A DNA stretch of 64,000 bases from positions 5,802 to 69,801 of the forward strand of contig JAILCN010000168.1 of NCBI GenBank assembly GCA_024680365.1. The letters run 5' to 3'. The notes under the pieces were generated by a model. The model was given only the letters and a program-made list of their open reading frames with translations, ran no database searches and was not told the origin of the DNA. Each line of letters begins with the position of its first letter. The first letter of the stretch is position 1. A program made the position numbers and the translations under genes. Source of the DNA: Solobacterium sp. Its GTDB lineage: Bacteria > Bacillota_I > Bacilli_A > Erysipelotrichales > Erysipelotrichaceae. Below, piece after piece: positions 1 to 11,082 of this stretch.

Positions 1-232
1 TCTCAGCCTGCAGGCCGCGTTCAATGTATTTCCTGTAGTGTTCTTTTGCCTGTTCACAGACATCCCTGCGCAGCGAGTCCATAGAATCATAATACGTAAA
101 GATCGGACGGGGAGAAACGTTCAGTTCAGCAGCGACTTCCCGTGCGGTGACGGCACGGATGCTCTTCTTTCTGACGATATTCAGAGCAGCCTGAACGATC
201 TCTTCTTTCTGAAATTTCACTTTAGGCGGCAT
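1..232 (-). CDS. TetR/AcrR-family transcriptional regulator (N-terminal part; runs off the window)
   Basis: Not in the ORF track. Manual translation from ATG at 232 gives MPPKVKFQKEEIVQAALNIVRKKSIRAVTAREVAAELNVSPRPIFTYYDSMDSL, a TetR HTH pattern. SD AGAAAGGAG upstream. Confidence 0.85.
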   Translation of the reverse strand, partial: MPPKVKFQKEEIVQAALNIVRKKSIRAVTAREVAAELNVSPRPIFTYYDSMDSLRRDVCEQAKEHYRKYIERGLQAE

Positions 233-250
233 GAACAGTCTCCTTTCTGA

Positions 251-270
251 TATGCAACATATGTTGCATA
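251..270. promoter_or_regulatory. Perfect 20-bp palindrome TATGCAACAT/ATGTTGCATA, probable TetR operator
   Basis: Exact inverted repeat directly upstream of the TetR SD. Confidence 0.65.
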
Positions 271-385
271 ACAATTGTAATTTTAGTATCGCATACTGCA
301 TTTGTCAACCGGACAGGATGTGATGCGCATTATTTTTATCACCAAATTTCCTCTTTTGTATCCGCGTGATATAATAGGCACTGCC

Positions 386-1141
386 ATGAGTGAAAATAAA
401 TACGAAAACAACAGTTCAGTTCCTGAACAGAAAGAAGAAAGCGCTGCGTTCTCAGAGACACAGGTTTTTGAAGCGCTGACGGATGAAGGCAGGCTGAAGA
501 GAGATGAAGCGGAAAGTCTTTCCGAGACCCGGGCAATGGAAAGGATGACGGATCCTGTGCCTGCGGTAAAGACGGAAAAGGCGGAGCCGGAGAAGAAGGG
601 CAATTCAGCGGTTAAAGAGATCCTGCTGTTCGCCAGAGATCTTGTGATCTGCATGTCGATCGTTCTGGTCCTTGTAAACTACGTGATCCGGCCGGTGCAG
701 GTAAAGGGAACTTCGATGTATCCGACGCTGAAAGACAAGGCGATCGGTCTGTCCAATCTGCTCGGCTACAATATGGACGGCATCAACCGTTTTGATATTG
801 TGATCATCTACCTTGAAAACAAGGATGAATATCTCGTCAAGCGTGCCATTGGTCTGCCGGGCGAGACCGTTTCCTATCAGGATGGTGTTCTGCATATCAA
901 CGGAGAACCAGTGGAAGAACCGTTCCTGAACTCTGAATACCGTGATTCTTACGGAGGAAGGTTCATGTCGGATGTCAGCGAGATCACGCTTGCGGATGAT
1001 GAATACTACTGTCTGGGCGACAACCGTCCGGCATCCAGTGATTCACGTTTCTACGGCCCGTTTGCGAAAGACCAGATCATTTCCAAAGGCGTTTTCATCC
1101 TGTTCCCGTTTACTGAATTCGGGGTGAAAACATGGTGGTAA
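386..1141 (+). CDS. lepB: Signal peptidase I
   Basis: GTSMYPTL (Ser), YLVKRAIGLPG (Lys), GDNRPASSDSR, one TM segment. Start at ATG 386 chosen, downstream of an extended -10. Confidence 0.93.
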   Translation: MSENKYENNSSVPEQKEESAAFSETQVFEALTDEGRLKRDEAESLSETRAMERMTDPVPAVKTEKAEPEKKGNSAVKEILLFARDLVICMSIVLVLVNYVIRPVQVKGTSMYPTLKDKAIGLSNLLGYNMDGINRFDIVIIYLENKDEYLVKRAIGLPGETVSYQDGVLHINGEPVEEPFLNSEYRDSYGGRFMSDVSEITLADDEYYCLGDNRPASSDSRFYGPFAKDQIISKGVFILFPFTEFGVKTWW

Positions 1142-2007
1142 AGGTACAGTGGTATCCGGGTCACATGGAAAAGGCACGGCGGGAAATGGCGGAACGGCTG
1201 AAAGCAGTCGATCTGATCATTGAACTGCGGGATGCCAGGATCCCGGCAGCCAGCACCAACCCGCTTCTGAATATGCTTGCCGGCAAAAAGCCGCGGCTGA
1301 TCATCCTTTCAAAGACTGATATGGCAGATCCTGCCGCAACGGCAGAGTGGGTCGCCGCGCTGAAGAAGCAATATGATTCCTGCCTGGCTGTCGATCTGAT
1401 GCGCGATCCGCATTCCGGACGGAAGATTATCCGGGAAGCGATCCGCGTCATGGAACCGATGCGGGAAAAGCAGCGGGCAAAAGGGATCCGTCCGCGGGCG
1501 GTCCGGGCAATGGCCTGCGGTATCCCGAATGTCGGAAAAAGCACGATGATCAACCGGATCGCCGGAAAGAATACGGTCAAAGCCGCTGACAAACCGGGCG
1601 TTACCCGAAGCCTGACGTGGATCCATGCCGATCCTGAGCTGGATCTGCTGGATACCCCGGGTGTTCTGTGGCCGAAATTCGACGATGACCGGACCGGTGC
1701 GCTGCTGGCAGCGTTCGGTTCGATCAATGACGATATCCTCGATATCAAAATGATCGCAATGGACGCGATCCATGAAATACAGACGCTGTATCCCGGCTGT
1801 CTGGAATCCATCTATGATTCAGGTGAGGTGAATCCCAACGGCATGCTGAAGGCGATCGCTGTCAAACGCAATCTGGTGCGGGAAGACGGCGTTCTGGATA
1901 CAAGACGCGCCGCGGAGATGTTTCTGAACGAACTGCGGAAAGGAAAACTCGGAGGTCTGACACTGGAACATGTGCGCAGCGAAGAACAGGAAGATCTGCC
2001 CGAATGA
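1132..2007 (+). CDS. rbgA: Ribosome biogenesis GTPase RbgA/YlqF
   Basis: QWYPGHMEKA, DARIP, GIPNVGKST, DTPG. Confidence 0.95.
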   Translation: MVVKVQWYPGHMEKARREMAERLKAVDLIIELRDARIPAASTNPLLNMLAGKKPRLIILSKTDMADPAATAEWVAALKKQYDSCLAVDLMRDPHSGRKIIREAIRVMEPMREKQRAKGIRPRAVRAMACGIPNVGKSTMINRIAGKNTVKAADKPGVTRSLTWIHADPELDLLDTPGVLWPKFDDDRTGALLAAFGSINDDILDIKMIAMDAIHEIQTLYPGCLESIYDSGEVNPNGMLKAIAVKRNLVREDGVLDTRRAAEMFLNELRKGKLGGLTLEHVRSEEQEDLPE

Positions 2008-2605
2008 CTTTGAACACGCCTGCTGGGAGAAGGGCAGTCTGCTGGCAGGGATCGATGAAGCCGGAAGGGGGCCGCTTGCCGGTCCTCTTGTTGTTGCCGG
2101 CGTCGTGTTTCCGGCCGGTTATGAGAATCCGGATATCTATGATTCCAAAACACTGAGTGAAAAGAAGCGGGTGATGCTGTTTGATCTCATTCAGGAAGAC
2201 GCTCTCTGGTTTGAGATCAGGATCGTATCGGAAGCGGATATTGACAGATATGACATCTATCATGCCGATCAGATGGCGATGGGCGTGATCGCCGCCAATG
2301 CTCCGGCTGAGACCATCGTCACAGATGCGATGCCGCTGCAGATCGACGGGAAGGAAGTTTTCTCTGTCGTCAAGGGCGATCAGAGATCTGTTTCAGTCGC
2401 CGCCGGCAGCATTCTTGCCAAAGTGACGCGGGACAGAATGATGAAAGAATATGATCTTCTCTATCCGGAATACGGATTTGCGAAGAACAAAGGGTACGGT
2501 ACAAAAGCACATATGGAGGCAATTGACAAATACGGGATCACGCCGATCCACCGCCGCTCATTTGCGCCTGTGCGGGCTGTACAGATGAAACTTGATCTTT
2601 TCTGA
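1970..2605 (+). CDS. rnhB: Ribonuclease HII
   Basis: AGIDEAGRGPLAGP, DSK, KGD, AAGSILAKVTRD, HRRSF. Confidence 0.95.
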   Translation: MCAAKNRKICPNDFEHACWEKGSLLAGIDEAGRGPLAGPLVVAGVVFPAGYENPDIYDSKTLSEKKRVMLFDLIQEDALWFEIRIVSEADIDRYDIYHADQMAMGVIAANAPAETIVTDAMPLQIDGKEVFSVVKGDQRSVSVAAGSILAKVTRDRMMKEYDLLYPEYGFAKNKGYGTKAHMEAIDKYGITPIHRRSFAPVRAVQMKLDLF

Positions 2606-2648
2606 AAGAAAAACGGTGTTTCCGGCATATATGAATACGGAGGCACCG
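2602..2648 (+). promoter_or_regulatory. Conserved motif and SD-occluding hairpin upstream of dprA (shared with radC)
   Basis: AAAAC-N9-GGCATATATGAAT-AC-GGAGG. Stem 2614-2624/2638-2648 covers the SD. Confidence 0.55.
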
Positions 2649-2651
2649 CTT

Positions 2652-3401
2652 ATGATCACAAGAGAGATGATTGCGCAGTATGCGTATGAATATGATGGAA
2701 ACTGGAGCCGGATGTCCCGGGCGATCGCGGAAGGGACAGAGGTTCCTTTTCATCAGGTGAAGGAATCATATATTACGATCCTTGACGAAGAATATCCGCC
2801 TGAACTGAAGGCACTGCGCTTTCCGCCCTGGATCTTGTTTTATCAGGGGGATGTGTCACTTCTGAGACAGCCGAAGGCAACCATCGTCGGTTCCCGGCAG
2901 CTGAGCAGATACGGGTATGAGATGACAAGATACTGTGCGGAAGTTCTCCGGAAGAACCATGTGCTTGTATCCGGACTGGCGGCCGGAGCGGACGGCTGCG
3001 TGCACCGGACAGCGATGGAAGGCGGTCATACGATCGGCGTCATCGGCAGCGGTCTGTCTGTCAGTTATCCTGCTGAGAACCGGGATCTCTATGCAGAGAT
3101 GCGGAGGCATGAGCTGATCCTGAGTGAATACCCGTATGAGACCGGCGTCAGAAAATATCATTTTCCCTGGCGCAACCGCATCCTTGCGGCCCTGGGAAGT
3201 TTTCTGGTCGTCACCCAGGCCAGGATCCGTTCCGGCACGGCATTAACGGTGAGCGAAGCGCTGACGCTGGGCCGGGAAGTCTGGTGCGTACCCCATCCGT
3301 TCGGTGAAGAAAACGGCGCCGGATGCAATAAACTGATTGCGGACGGAGCATATATCCTGTATGATACCGGACAGCTGGAGATTCTCTCTTCACAGAAGTG
3401 A
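2652..3401 (+). CDS. dprA: DNA-processing protein DprA/Smf
   Basis: YPPELK..PPWILFYQG, IVGSR, VSGLAAGADG, FPWRNRI. Canonical rnhB-dprA-topA synteny. Confidence 0.93.
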   Translation: MITREMIAQYAYEYDGNWSRMSRAIAEGTEVPFHQVKESYITILDEEYPPELKALRFPPWILFYQGDVSLLRQPKATIVGSRQLSRYGYEMTRYCAEVLRKNHVLVSGLAAGADGCVHRTAMEGGHTIGVIGSGLSVSYPAENRDLYAEMRRHELILSEYPYETGVRKYHFPWRNRILAALGSFLVVTQARIRSGTALTVSEALTLGREVWCVPHPFGEENGAGCNKLIADGAYILYDTGQLEILSSQK

Positions 3402-3468
3402 GACGGTTGATATTTTTAAAAAATTCAGCTATGTTTTAGATTGCATCTGCATTTGGGAGTGTATGAAT

Positions 3469-5511
<2,043 letters not shown>

Positions 5512-5514
5512 CGT

Positions 5515-6813
5515 ATGGAAAAAACAGCGTCTGTAATCGGAGCCGGACTGGCCGGATGCGAAGCTGCCTGGCAGCTGGCGCAGAGAGGCGTCAAAGTCCG
5601 TCTGTATGAAATGAAGCCGGCAAAAATGTCGCCTGCCCACCATTCGTCAGGATTTGCCGAGCTTGTCTGTTCCAATTCCCTGCGTTCCAACGCGCTGAGC
5701 AACGCGGTCGGACTGCTGAAGGAAGAAATGCGTCAGATCGGTTCGCTGATCATGACGTGCGCTGATGCCACGAAGGTGCCGGCAGGCAGCGCTCTGGCGG
5801 TCGACAGGGAAGGGTTCTCAGCCATGGTGACGGAGAAGATCCGCGCCTGTGCAGATATTGAGATCATCTCAGAAGAGATCACGGAGATCCCGGAAGGACC
5901 GGCAGTCATCGCGACCGGTCCGCTGACCAGTGAAGGAATGGCGGATGCGATCGGCAGACTGATCGACGAGAAGTACTGTTATTTCTATGACGCGGCGGCG
6001 CCGATCGTGACCTTTGATTCGATCGATATGAGCAAAGCGTATTTCAAGTCCAGATACGATAAGGAAAGCGCTGACTACATCAACTGTCCGATGGACCGTG
6101 ATCAGTTTGAGGAATTCTACCGGGCGGTGATCACAGCGGAAACAGCAGAACTGCATTCATTTGAAAAAGAAGTGTTCTTTGAAGGCTGCATGCCATTCGA
6201 AGTCATGGCGAAGCGGGGCAGGGATACGCTGCTGTTTGGACCGATGAAGCCGGTCGGCCTGGAGAAAGACGGCAAACGTCCTTACGCAGTCGTTCAGCTG
6301 CGGCAGGACAACGCCGAAGGCACTCTGTACAACATCGTCGGATTCCAGACACATCTGAAGTGGGGCGAGCAGAAGAGAGTTCTCGCGCTTGTGCCGGGTC
6401 TGGAAAATGCGGAGTTTGTCCGCTACGGCGTGATGCACAGGAACACCTATATCAATTCACCGCTCATGCTGAGAGAGACATATCAGTACAAAGACCGGGA
6501 TGATCTGTTCTTTGCCGGACAGATGACCGGCGTGGAAGGATATATTGAATCGGCAGCGTCCGGCATGCTGGCGGGCATCAACCTCGCCCATGTGCTGCAT
6601 GAGGAAGAAGCAGTGATCTGCGGCAGTGATACGATGATCGGGGCGATGGCGCACTATATTACCCATGCTGATCCGGATCATTTCCAGCCGATGAACGCGA
6701 ACTTCGGCATCATGCACTTAAGCGCGAATGTGAAGAAGAAAGACCGCAAGGCGGCATATGCGCCGCAGTCACTGGCGCTGATCGCCGGGATGAAAAACGA
6801 TGGAAGACTTTGA
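5515..6813 (+). CDS. trmFO: Folate/FAD-dependent tRNA m5U54 methyltransferase
   Basis: [33 protein letters not shown]. Confidence 0.96.
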   Translation: MEKTASVIGAGLAGCEAAWQLAQRGVKVRLYEMKPAKMSPAHHSSGFAELVCSNSLRSNALSNAVGLLKEEMRQIGSLIMTCADATKVPAGSALAVDREGFSAMVTEKIRACADIEIISEEITEIPEGPAVIATGPLTSEGMADAIGRLIDEKYCYFYDAAAPIVTFDSIDMSKAYFKSRYDKESADYINCPMDRDQFEEFYRAVITAETAELHSFEKEVFFEGCMPFEVMAKRGRDTLLFGPMKPVGLEKDGKRPYAVVQLRQDNAEGTLYNIVGFQTHLKWGEQKRVLALVPGLENAEFVRYGVMHRNTYINSPLMLRETYQYKDRDDLFFAGQMTGVEGYIESAASGMLAGINLAHVLHEEEAVICGSDTMIGAMAHYITHADPDHFQPMNANFGIMHLSANVKKKDRKAAYAPQSLALIAGMKNDGRL

Positions 6814-7732
6814 GAGATCCCTGGACAGATATCTGGACAGGCTCAGCATGTCGCATACTGGTTCCGCGGATACGGAAGAAGCCTACCGGCGGGACATCGA
6901 GCGGTTTCTGGAATACCTGCGCGAAAACAGCATCACGTCTTTTGAAGATGTGAAAAAGGAAGACGTCGCCGACTACATCACAAAGCTGCGGAGCGGCGAT
7001 ATCGGCGGCACGGCGCTGTCCAACGCGAGTTTTTCAAGAAATCTTTCAGCATTGAAGTCATTCTGGCGCTATCTCAACAGCAATGAAGGCGTCATGTCCA
7101 ATCCGGTGCGGCTGTTCAAAGGCGCCCCGTCAAGACGGAAGCTTCCCGAGTATCTGACGTTTGATCAGATGGAAACGCTGCTGTCTTCATTTGATCTGAG
7201 CGATCCGGTGCAGATCCGCGACCGCTGCGTTCTGGAAGTCATGTATGCCTGCGGCCTGCGTGTTTCTGAATGCGCTTCGCTTGAGACAGCCAGGATCGAT
7301 CTGAGAGAAGGTTTTCTGAGCGTGATCGGAAAGGAATCCAAGGAACGGATGGTGCCGTTTTACAGAAGATGCGGACAGCTGATCGCGCTGTATCTGGAAC
7401 AGTCCCGTCCGGTCATGATGAAAAAGGAAACGGAGCACGGCATCCTGTTTGTTTCCCAGAAGGGGAAGCCAATCTCATCCCGGGCGATCCAGAACATCTG
7501 CGAAGCGGCAGGAGAGAGGGCCGGACTGCCGGTCCATCTGCATCCGCATATGATCCGCCACAGCTTTGCAACCCATCTGCTGGACAACGGCGCTGACCTG
7601 CGTACCGTACAGGAACTGCTCGGTCATGAAAATCTGATGACGACGCAGATCTATACGCATGTGACGCAGGACAGACTGCGGTCTGCCGTGGAAAATGCGC
7701 ATCCTCATGCAAGGAAAAATGAGAAGAATTAA
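6800..7732 (+). CDS. xerC: Tyrosine recombinase XerC/CodV
   Basis: [29 protein letters not shown]. topA-trmFO-xerC synteny. Confidence 0.9.
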   Translation: MEDFERSLDRYLDRLSMSHTGSADTEEAYRRDIERFLEYLRENSITSFEDVKKEDVADYITKLRSGDIGGTALSNASFSRNLSALKSFWRYLNSNEGVMSNPVRLFKGAPSRRKLPEYLTFDQMETLLSSFDLSDPVQIRDRCVLEVMYACGLRVSECASLETARIDLREGFLSVIGKESKERMVPFYRRCGQLIALYLEQSRPVMMKKETEHGILFVSQKGKPISSRAIQNICEAAGERAGLPVHLHPHMIRHSFATHLLDNGADLRTVQELLGHENLMTTQIYTHVTQDRLRSAVENAHPHARKNEKN

Positions 7733-7735
7733 TTC

Positions 7736-7763
7736 TTGCAATCTCGATCTCATATGTTAGAAT
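7736..7763 (+). promoter_or_regulatory. sigmaA-type promoter of the pyr operon
   Basis: TTGCAA (7736-41), 16 bp spacer, extended -10 TGtTAGAAT. Confidence 0.6.
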
Positions 7764-7773
7764 CATAACGACG

Positions 7774-7816
7774 AAGGACAATACATAGCTGAAGCGTGTG
7801 TAGGTTGTCCTTTTTT
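7774..7816 (+). terminator. Intrinsic terminator-like hairpin in the pyr leader
   Basis: AAGGACAA...TTGTCCTT stem with an inner TACATA/TGTGTA stem, followed by a T-run, just before the pyrB SD. Confidence 0.65.
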
Positions 7817-7832
7817 CGAGAAGGAGGCATTT

Positions 7833-8732
7833 ATGAACAAGAATTCCCTGCTCTCAATGCGTGACTTAACGAAAGAAGATATCATGAATATCCTCAATGA
7901 TGCTTTGCTGTTTGATGATTGTTATCGGGATTGGCAACTTCCGCTGAAGAAAGCCCTGGTTGCCAATCTTTTTTTTGAAGCATCGACACGTACGCATTAT
8001 TCTTTCGAAAGCGCTGAACTGCAGCTTGGCTGCAAGGTGGCGGACGTTCAGACATCCGTCAGTTCCATCACAAAGGGTGAAACACTGTATGATACCATCC
8101 GCACACTCGAGGAACACGGATATGACGCATTTGTCATCCGTCATTCCGAAGATGAATACTATAAACAGCTGGAAGGCGTGAAGGTGCCGATCCTGAACGC
8201 GGGCGACGGCAAGGGCGATCATCCGACCCAGTGTCTGCTCGACCTTCTGACCATGTATCAGGAGTTCGGCACGCTGGAAGGTCTCAATGTCGTGATCTGC
8301 GGCGATATCGCGCACAGCCGCGTGGCTGCTTCCAATAAAACGGCTCTTGAGCTGCTCGGTTCGACAGTCCGCTTCAGCGGTCCGAAGTTCTGGGAACGCG
8401 AAGGATATCCGATCATTGACTTTGATGAAGCAATCAAAGACGCGGACGTTGTCATGATGCTCAGGATCCAGCGTGAGCGCGGCGCGAAGCTGGAAGCGAT
8501 GAGCGACAGCGAATACCTGGAGACTTACGGCCTCAGCAAAGCCCGCTACGCAAGAATGAAGAAGAATGCCATTGTCATGCATCCGGCTCCCTTCAACCGC
8601 AACGTTGAGATCGATACCGATCTTGTGGAGGCGGAAAAGAGCAGGATCTTCAAGCAGATGGCCAACGGCGTTCTGGTCAGAAAAGCGGTCCTGAAGCGTG
8701 CGTTTGGATTTGCGCCGTTTGAGGTGAAATGA
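7833..8732 (+). CDS. pyrB: Aspartate carbamoyltransferase
   Basis: FFEASTRT, HPTQ, HSRVA, RIQRER, HPAP. Confidence 0.96.
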   Translation: MNKNSLLSMRDLTKEDIMNILNDALLFDDCYRDWQLPLKKALVANLFFEASTRTHYSFESAELQLGCKVADVQTSVSSITKGETLYDTIRTLEEHGYDAFVIRHSEDEYYKQLEGVKVPILNAGDGKGDHPTQCLLDLLTMYQEFGTLEGLNVVICGDIAHSRVAASNKTALELLGSTVRFSGPKFWEREGYPIIDFDEAIKDADVVMMLRIQRERGAKLEAMSDSEYLETYGLSKARYARMKKNAIVMHPAPFNRNVEIDTDLVEAEKSRIFKQMANGVLVRKAVLKRAFGFAPFEVK

Positions 8733-10006
8733 TGCGGCTGATCAGAAACGGCACGGTCCTGTACAAAGGATCCCTGCAGAAGAAGGACATCCTGTTTGAT
8801 GAAAATGCGATTCTGCAGATCGCGGATCAGATCGACGCTGACTGTGAAGTCATCGACGCGTCCGGTCTGTATGTACTGCCCGGACTGGTCGACGTGCATG
8901 TCCATCTGCGGGAACCCGGCTTCGAGAAGAAAGAAACGATCCGCACCGGAACGACGGCGGCTGCGGCAGGCGGCTTTACCAGCATCTTCGCCATGCCGAA
9001 TCTGAACCCGTACCCGGACAATGCGGAAACGATGAAAGAATATCTGGCTCTGATCGCCAGAGAAAGCGTTGTGCATACCTATCCGTACGGAACGATCACC
9101 TGCGGTGAAAAGGGACAGAATGTGTCAGATCTTGCCGGCATGAAGGAACTCGGCATCCGCTGGTTCTCTGATGACGGCGTCGGCGTTGCGGATGAAGCGG
9201 TCATGAAAGAGGCAATGGAAAAAGCTGCTTCGCTGAACGTGATGATCGCCTGCCATACCGAAGACATGAATTACCGGAAGCCCGGGGCCAGCGTCCATGA
9301 ATCCCCATACGCTGAAAAAAACGGCTGGAAGGGAATTCCGTCTGCCTGTGAAAGCGAACAGCTGAAGCGGGATCTCATGATCGCCTGCACCGTACCGGTG
9401 AAATACCACGGCTGCCACATCTCGGCGAAAGAAAGTGTGGAAGCGCTGCGCGACGCAAAGAAGAACGGCGCTGACGCAAGTGCGGAAGTCACCGCGCATC
9501 ATCTGCTTCTGGAAGACAAAGACGTGAAGGGGACGAACTGGAAGATGAATCCGCCCCTGCGCTCGCACGAAGACCGGTTGGCGCTGATCGAAGCGCTGGA
9601 GGACGGAACACTGGACTTCATTGCCAGCGATCACGCTCCGCATACAAAGGAAGACAAGGAGAAACCGATGGCTGAAGCGGCATTCGGCATCGTTTCTCTT
9701 GAAACAAGCTTCGCAATGCTTTATACAGAGTTTGTAAAAAAAACCGGACGGTGGACACTGCCCCAGCTCGTCAGCTGGATGAGCGAGAAGCCGGCGGCGC
9801 GGTTCGGACTGGAGAAGACCGGAAAGATCGAGGAAGGCTGGCAGCCGGATCTGATCCTTGCCGATCTTGACAACCCGTTTGTGATCAGCGCTGAAAAGTT
9901 TTATTCAAAAGGAAAAAACACGCCGTTTGACGGCGAAACTGCATACGGCCGCGTGAAGGAAACGATCTGCGGCGGCAGAACTGTATGGAAGGAGAAACAG
10001 GAATGA
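8729..10006 (+). CDS. pyrC: Dihydroorotase
   Basis: DVHVHLREPG, KMNPPLR, SDHAPH. Confidence 0.96.
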   Translation: MMRLIRNGTVLYKGSLQKKDILFDENAILQIADQIDADCEVIDASGLYVLPGLVDVHVHLREPGFEKKETIRTGTTAAAAGGFTSIFAMPNLNPYPDNAETMKEYLALIARESVVHTYPYGTITCGEKGQNVSDLAGMKELGIRWFSDDGVGVADEAVMKEAMEKAASLNVMIACHTEDMNYRKPGASVHESPYAEKNGWKGIPSACESEQLKRDLMIACTVPVKYHGCHISAKESVEALRDAKKNGADASAEVTAHHLLLEDKDVKGTNWKMNPPLRSHEDRLALIEALEDGTLDFIASDHAPHTKEDKEKPMAEAAFGIVSLETSFAMLYTEFVKKTGRWTLPQLVSWMSEKPAARFGLEKTGKIEEGWQPDLILADLDNPFVISAEKFYSKGKNTPFDGETAYGRVKETICGGRTVWKEKQE

Positions 10007-11082
10007 AGCGTTATCTTGTACTGGAGGACGGCAGCTTCTATGAAGGAGAAGCGATCGGGTCGTCTGACTACCGCATCGGTGAACTGATCTTCAACACCAG
10101 CGTTACCGGAACTCAGGAGATCCTGACGGATCCGGCATGCTGCGGACAGATCGTCCTGATGACGTATCCGCTTGTTGGCAACACCGGCATCAACCGCGAT
10201 GACAATGAAGGCCTGAAGCCTTATGTATTCGGCGTCGTTGTCAAAGACTGCTGTGAATTCCCGAGCAACTTCCGTTCGGAAGAAACACTGAACGAATACC
10301 TTGTCAGAAACAGGATCCCCGGCATCAAGGGTGTAGACACCAGAGCGATCACCCGGAAGATCCGGACTGCCGGATCCATGAAAGCTGTCTTCTGTGATGA
10401 AGAAAGCCAGATCGGAGCGTTCGCGGAAACACTGCGCAGCAAGGCTGATATGACCGGTCTTGTGGACAGCGTCTCCACCCGCAATGTATATCCGATCCCC
10501 GGCCGCGGCAGAAAGGTCGTCGTAGTCGACTTCGGCGTCAAGCTGAGCATTCTGCGTGAACTGTCCGACAGAGGCTGTGACATTACAGTCGTTCCTGCCC
10601 GCACTTCAGCAGAAGAGATCCTCGGCTATTATCCGGACGGCGTGATCCTTTCCAGCGGCCCGGGCAATCCCGAAGATCTTCCGGAAGCAGTCAATAGCAT
10701 CCGTGAGCTCATTTCCAGAACGGTCGTCTTCGGCATTGGCCTCGGCATGGAAATGCTGGCGCTTGCCTGCGGCGCGAAAACATACAAGATGAAGTACGGC
10801 CAGCACGGCGAAGCTCCGGTCGTCGACCTGAGAACTGACAAAGTGGAGATCACATCCCAGAATCACAGCTATGCGGTCGATATCGAGTCCCTGAAAGCGA
10901 CCCGTCTTGAGATGACGCACAAGGCTCTGAATGAAGACTGCTGTGAAGGCATCCGTCATCTTGACTATCCGTGCTTCGGCGTCCAGTACAATCCGGAAGC
11001 CAACGGCGGACCGCACGACGCTGCCGGTCTTTTCGGCAGATTCATGGAACTGATGAAAAAGGAGGACGCAGAAAATGCCTAA
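10003..11082 (+). CDS. carA: Carbamoyl-phosphate synthase small subunit; glutaminase triad degenerate
   Basis: [33 protein letters not shown]. However FGIGLG replaces FGICLG and QYNPE replaces QYHPE. Confidence 0.95.
   Translation: MKRYLVLEDGSFYEGEAIGSSDYRIGELIFNTSVTGTQEILTDPACCGQIVLMTYPLVGNTGINRDDNEGLKPYVFGVVVKDCCEFPSNFRSEETLNEYLVRNRIPGIKGVDTRAITRKIRTAGSMKAVFCDEESQIGAFAETLRSKADMTGLVDSVSTRNVYPIPGRGRKVVVVDFGVKLSILRELSDRGCDITVVPARTSAEEILGYYPDGVILSSGPGNPEDLPEAVNSIRELISRTVVFGIGLGMEMLALACGAKTYKMKYGQHGEAPVVDLRTDKVEITSQNHSYAVDIESLKATRLEMTHKALNEDCCEGIRHLDYPCFGVQYNPEANGGPHDAAGLFGRFMELMKKEDAENA

Noticed and set aside
6800-7732. Tyrosine recombinase as a prophage or ICE integrase
   Set aside because: It sits in the canonical topA-trmFO-xerC context with no mobile cargo, so it is the housekeeping XerC.
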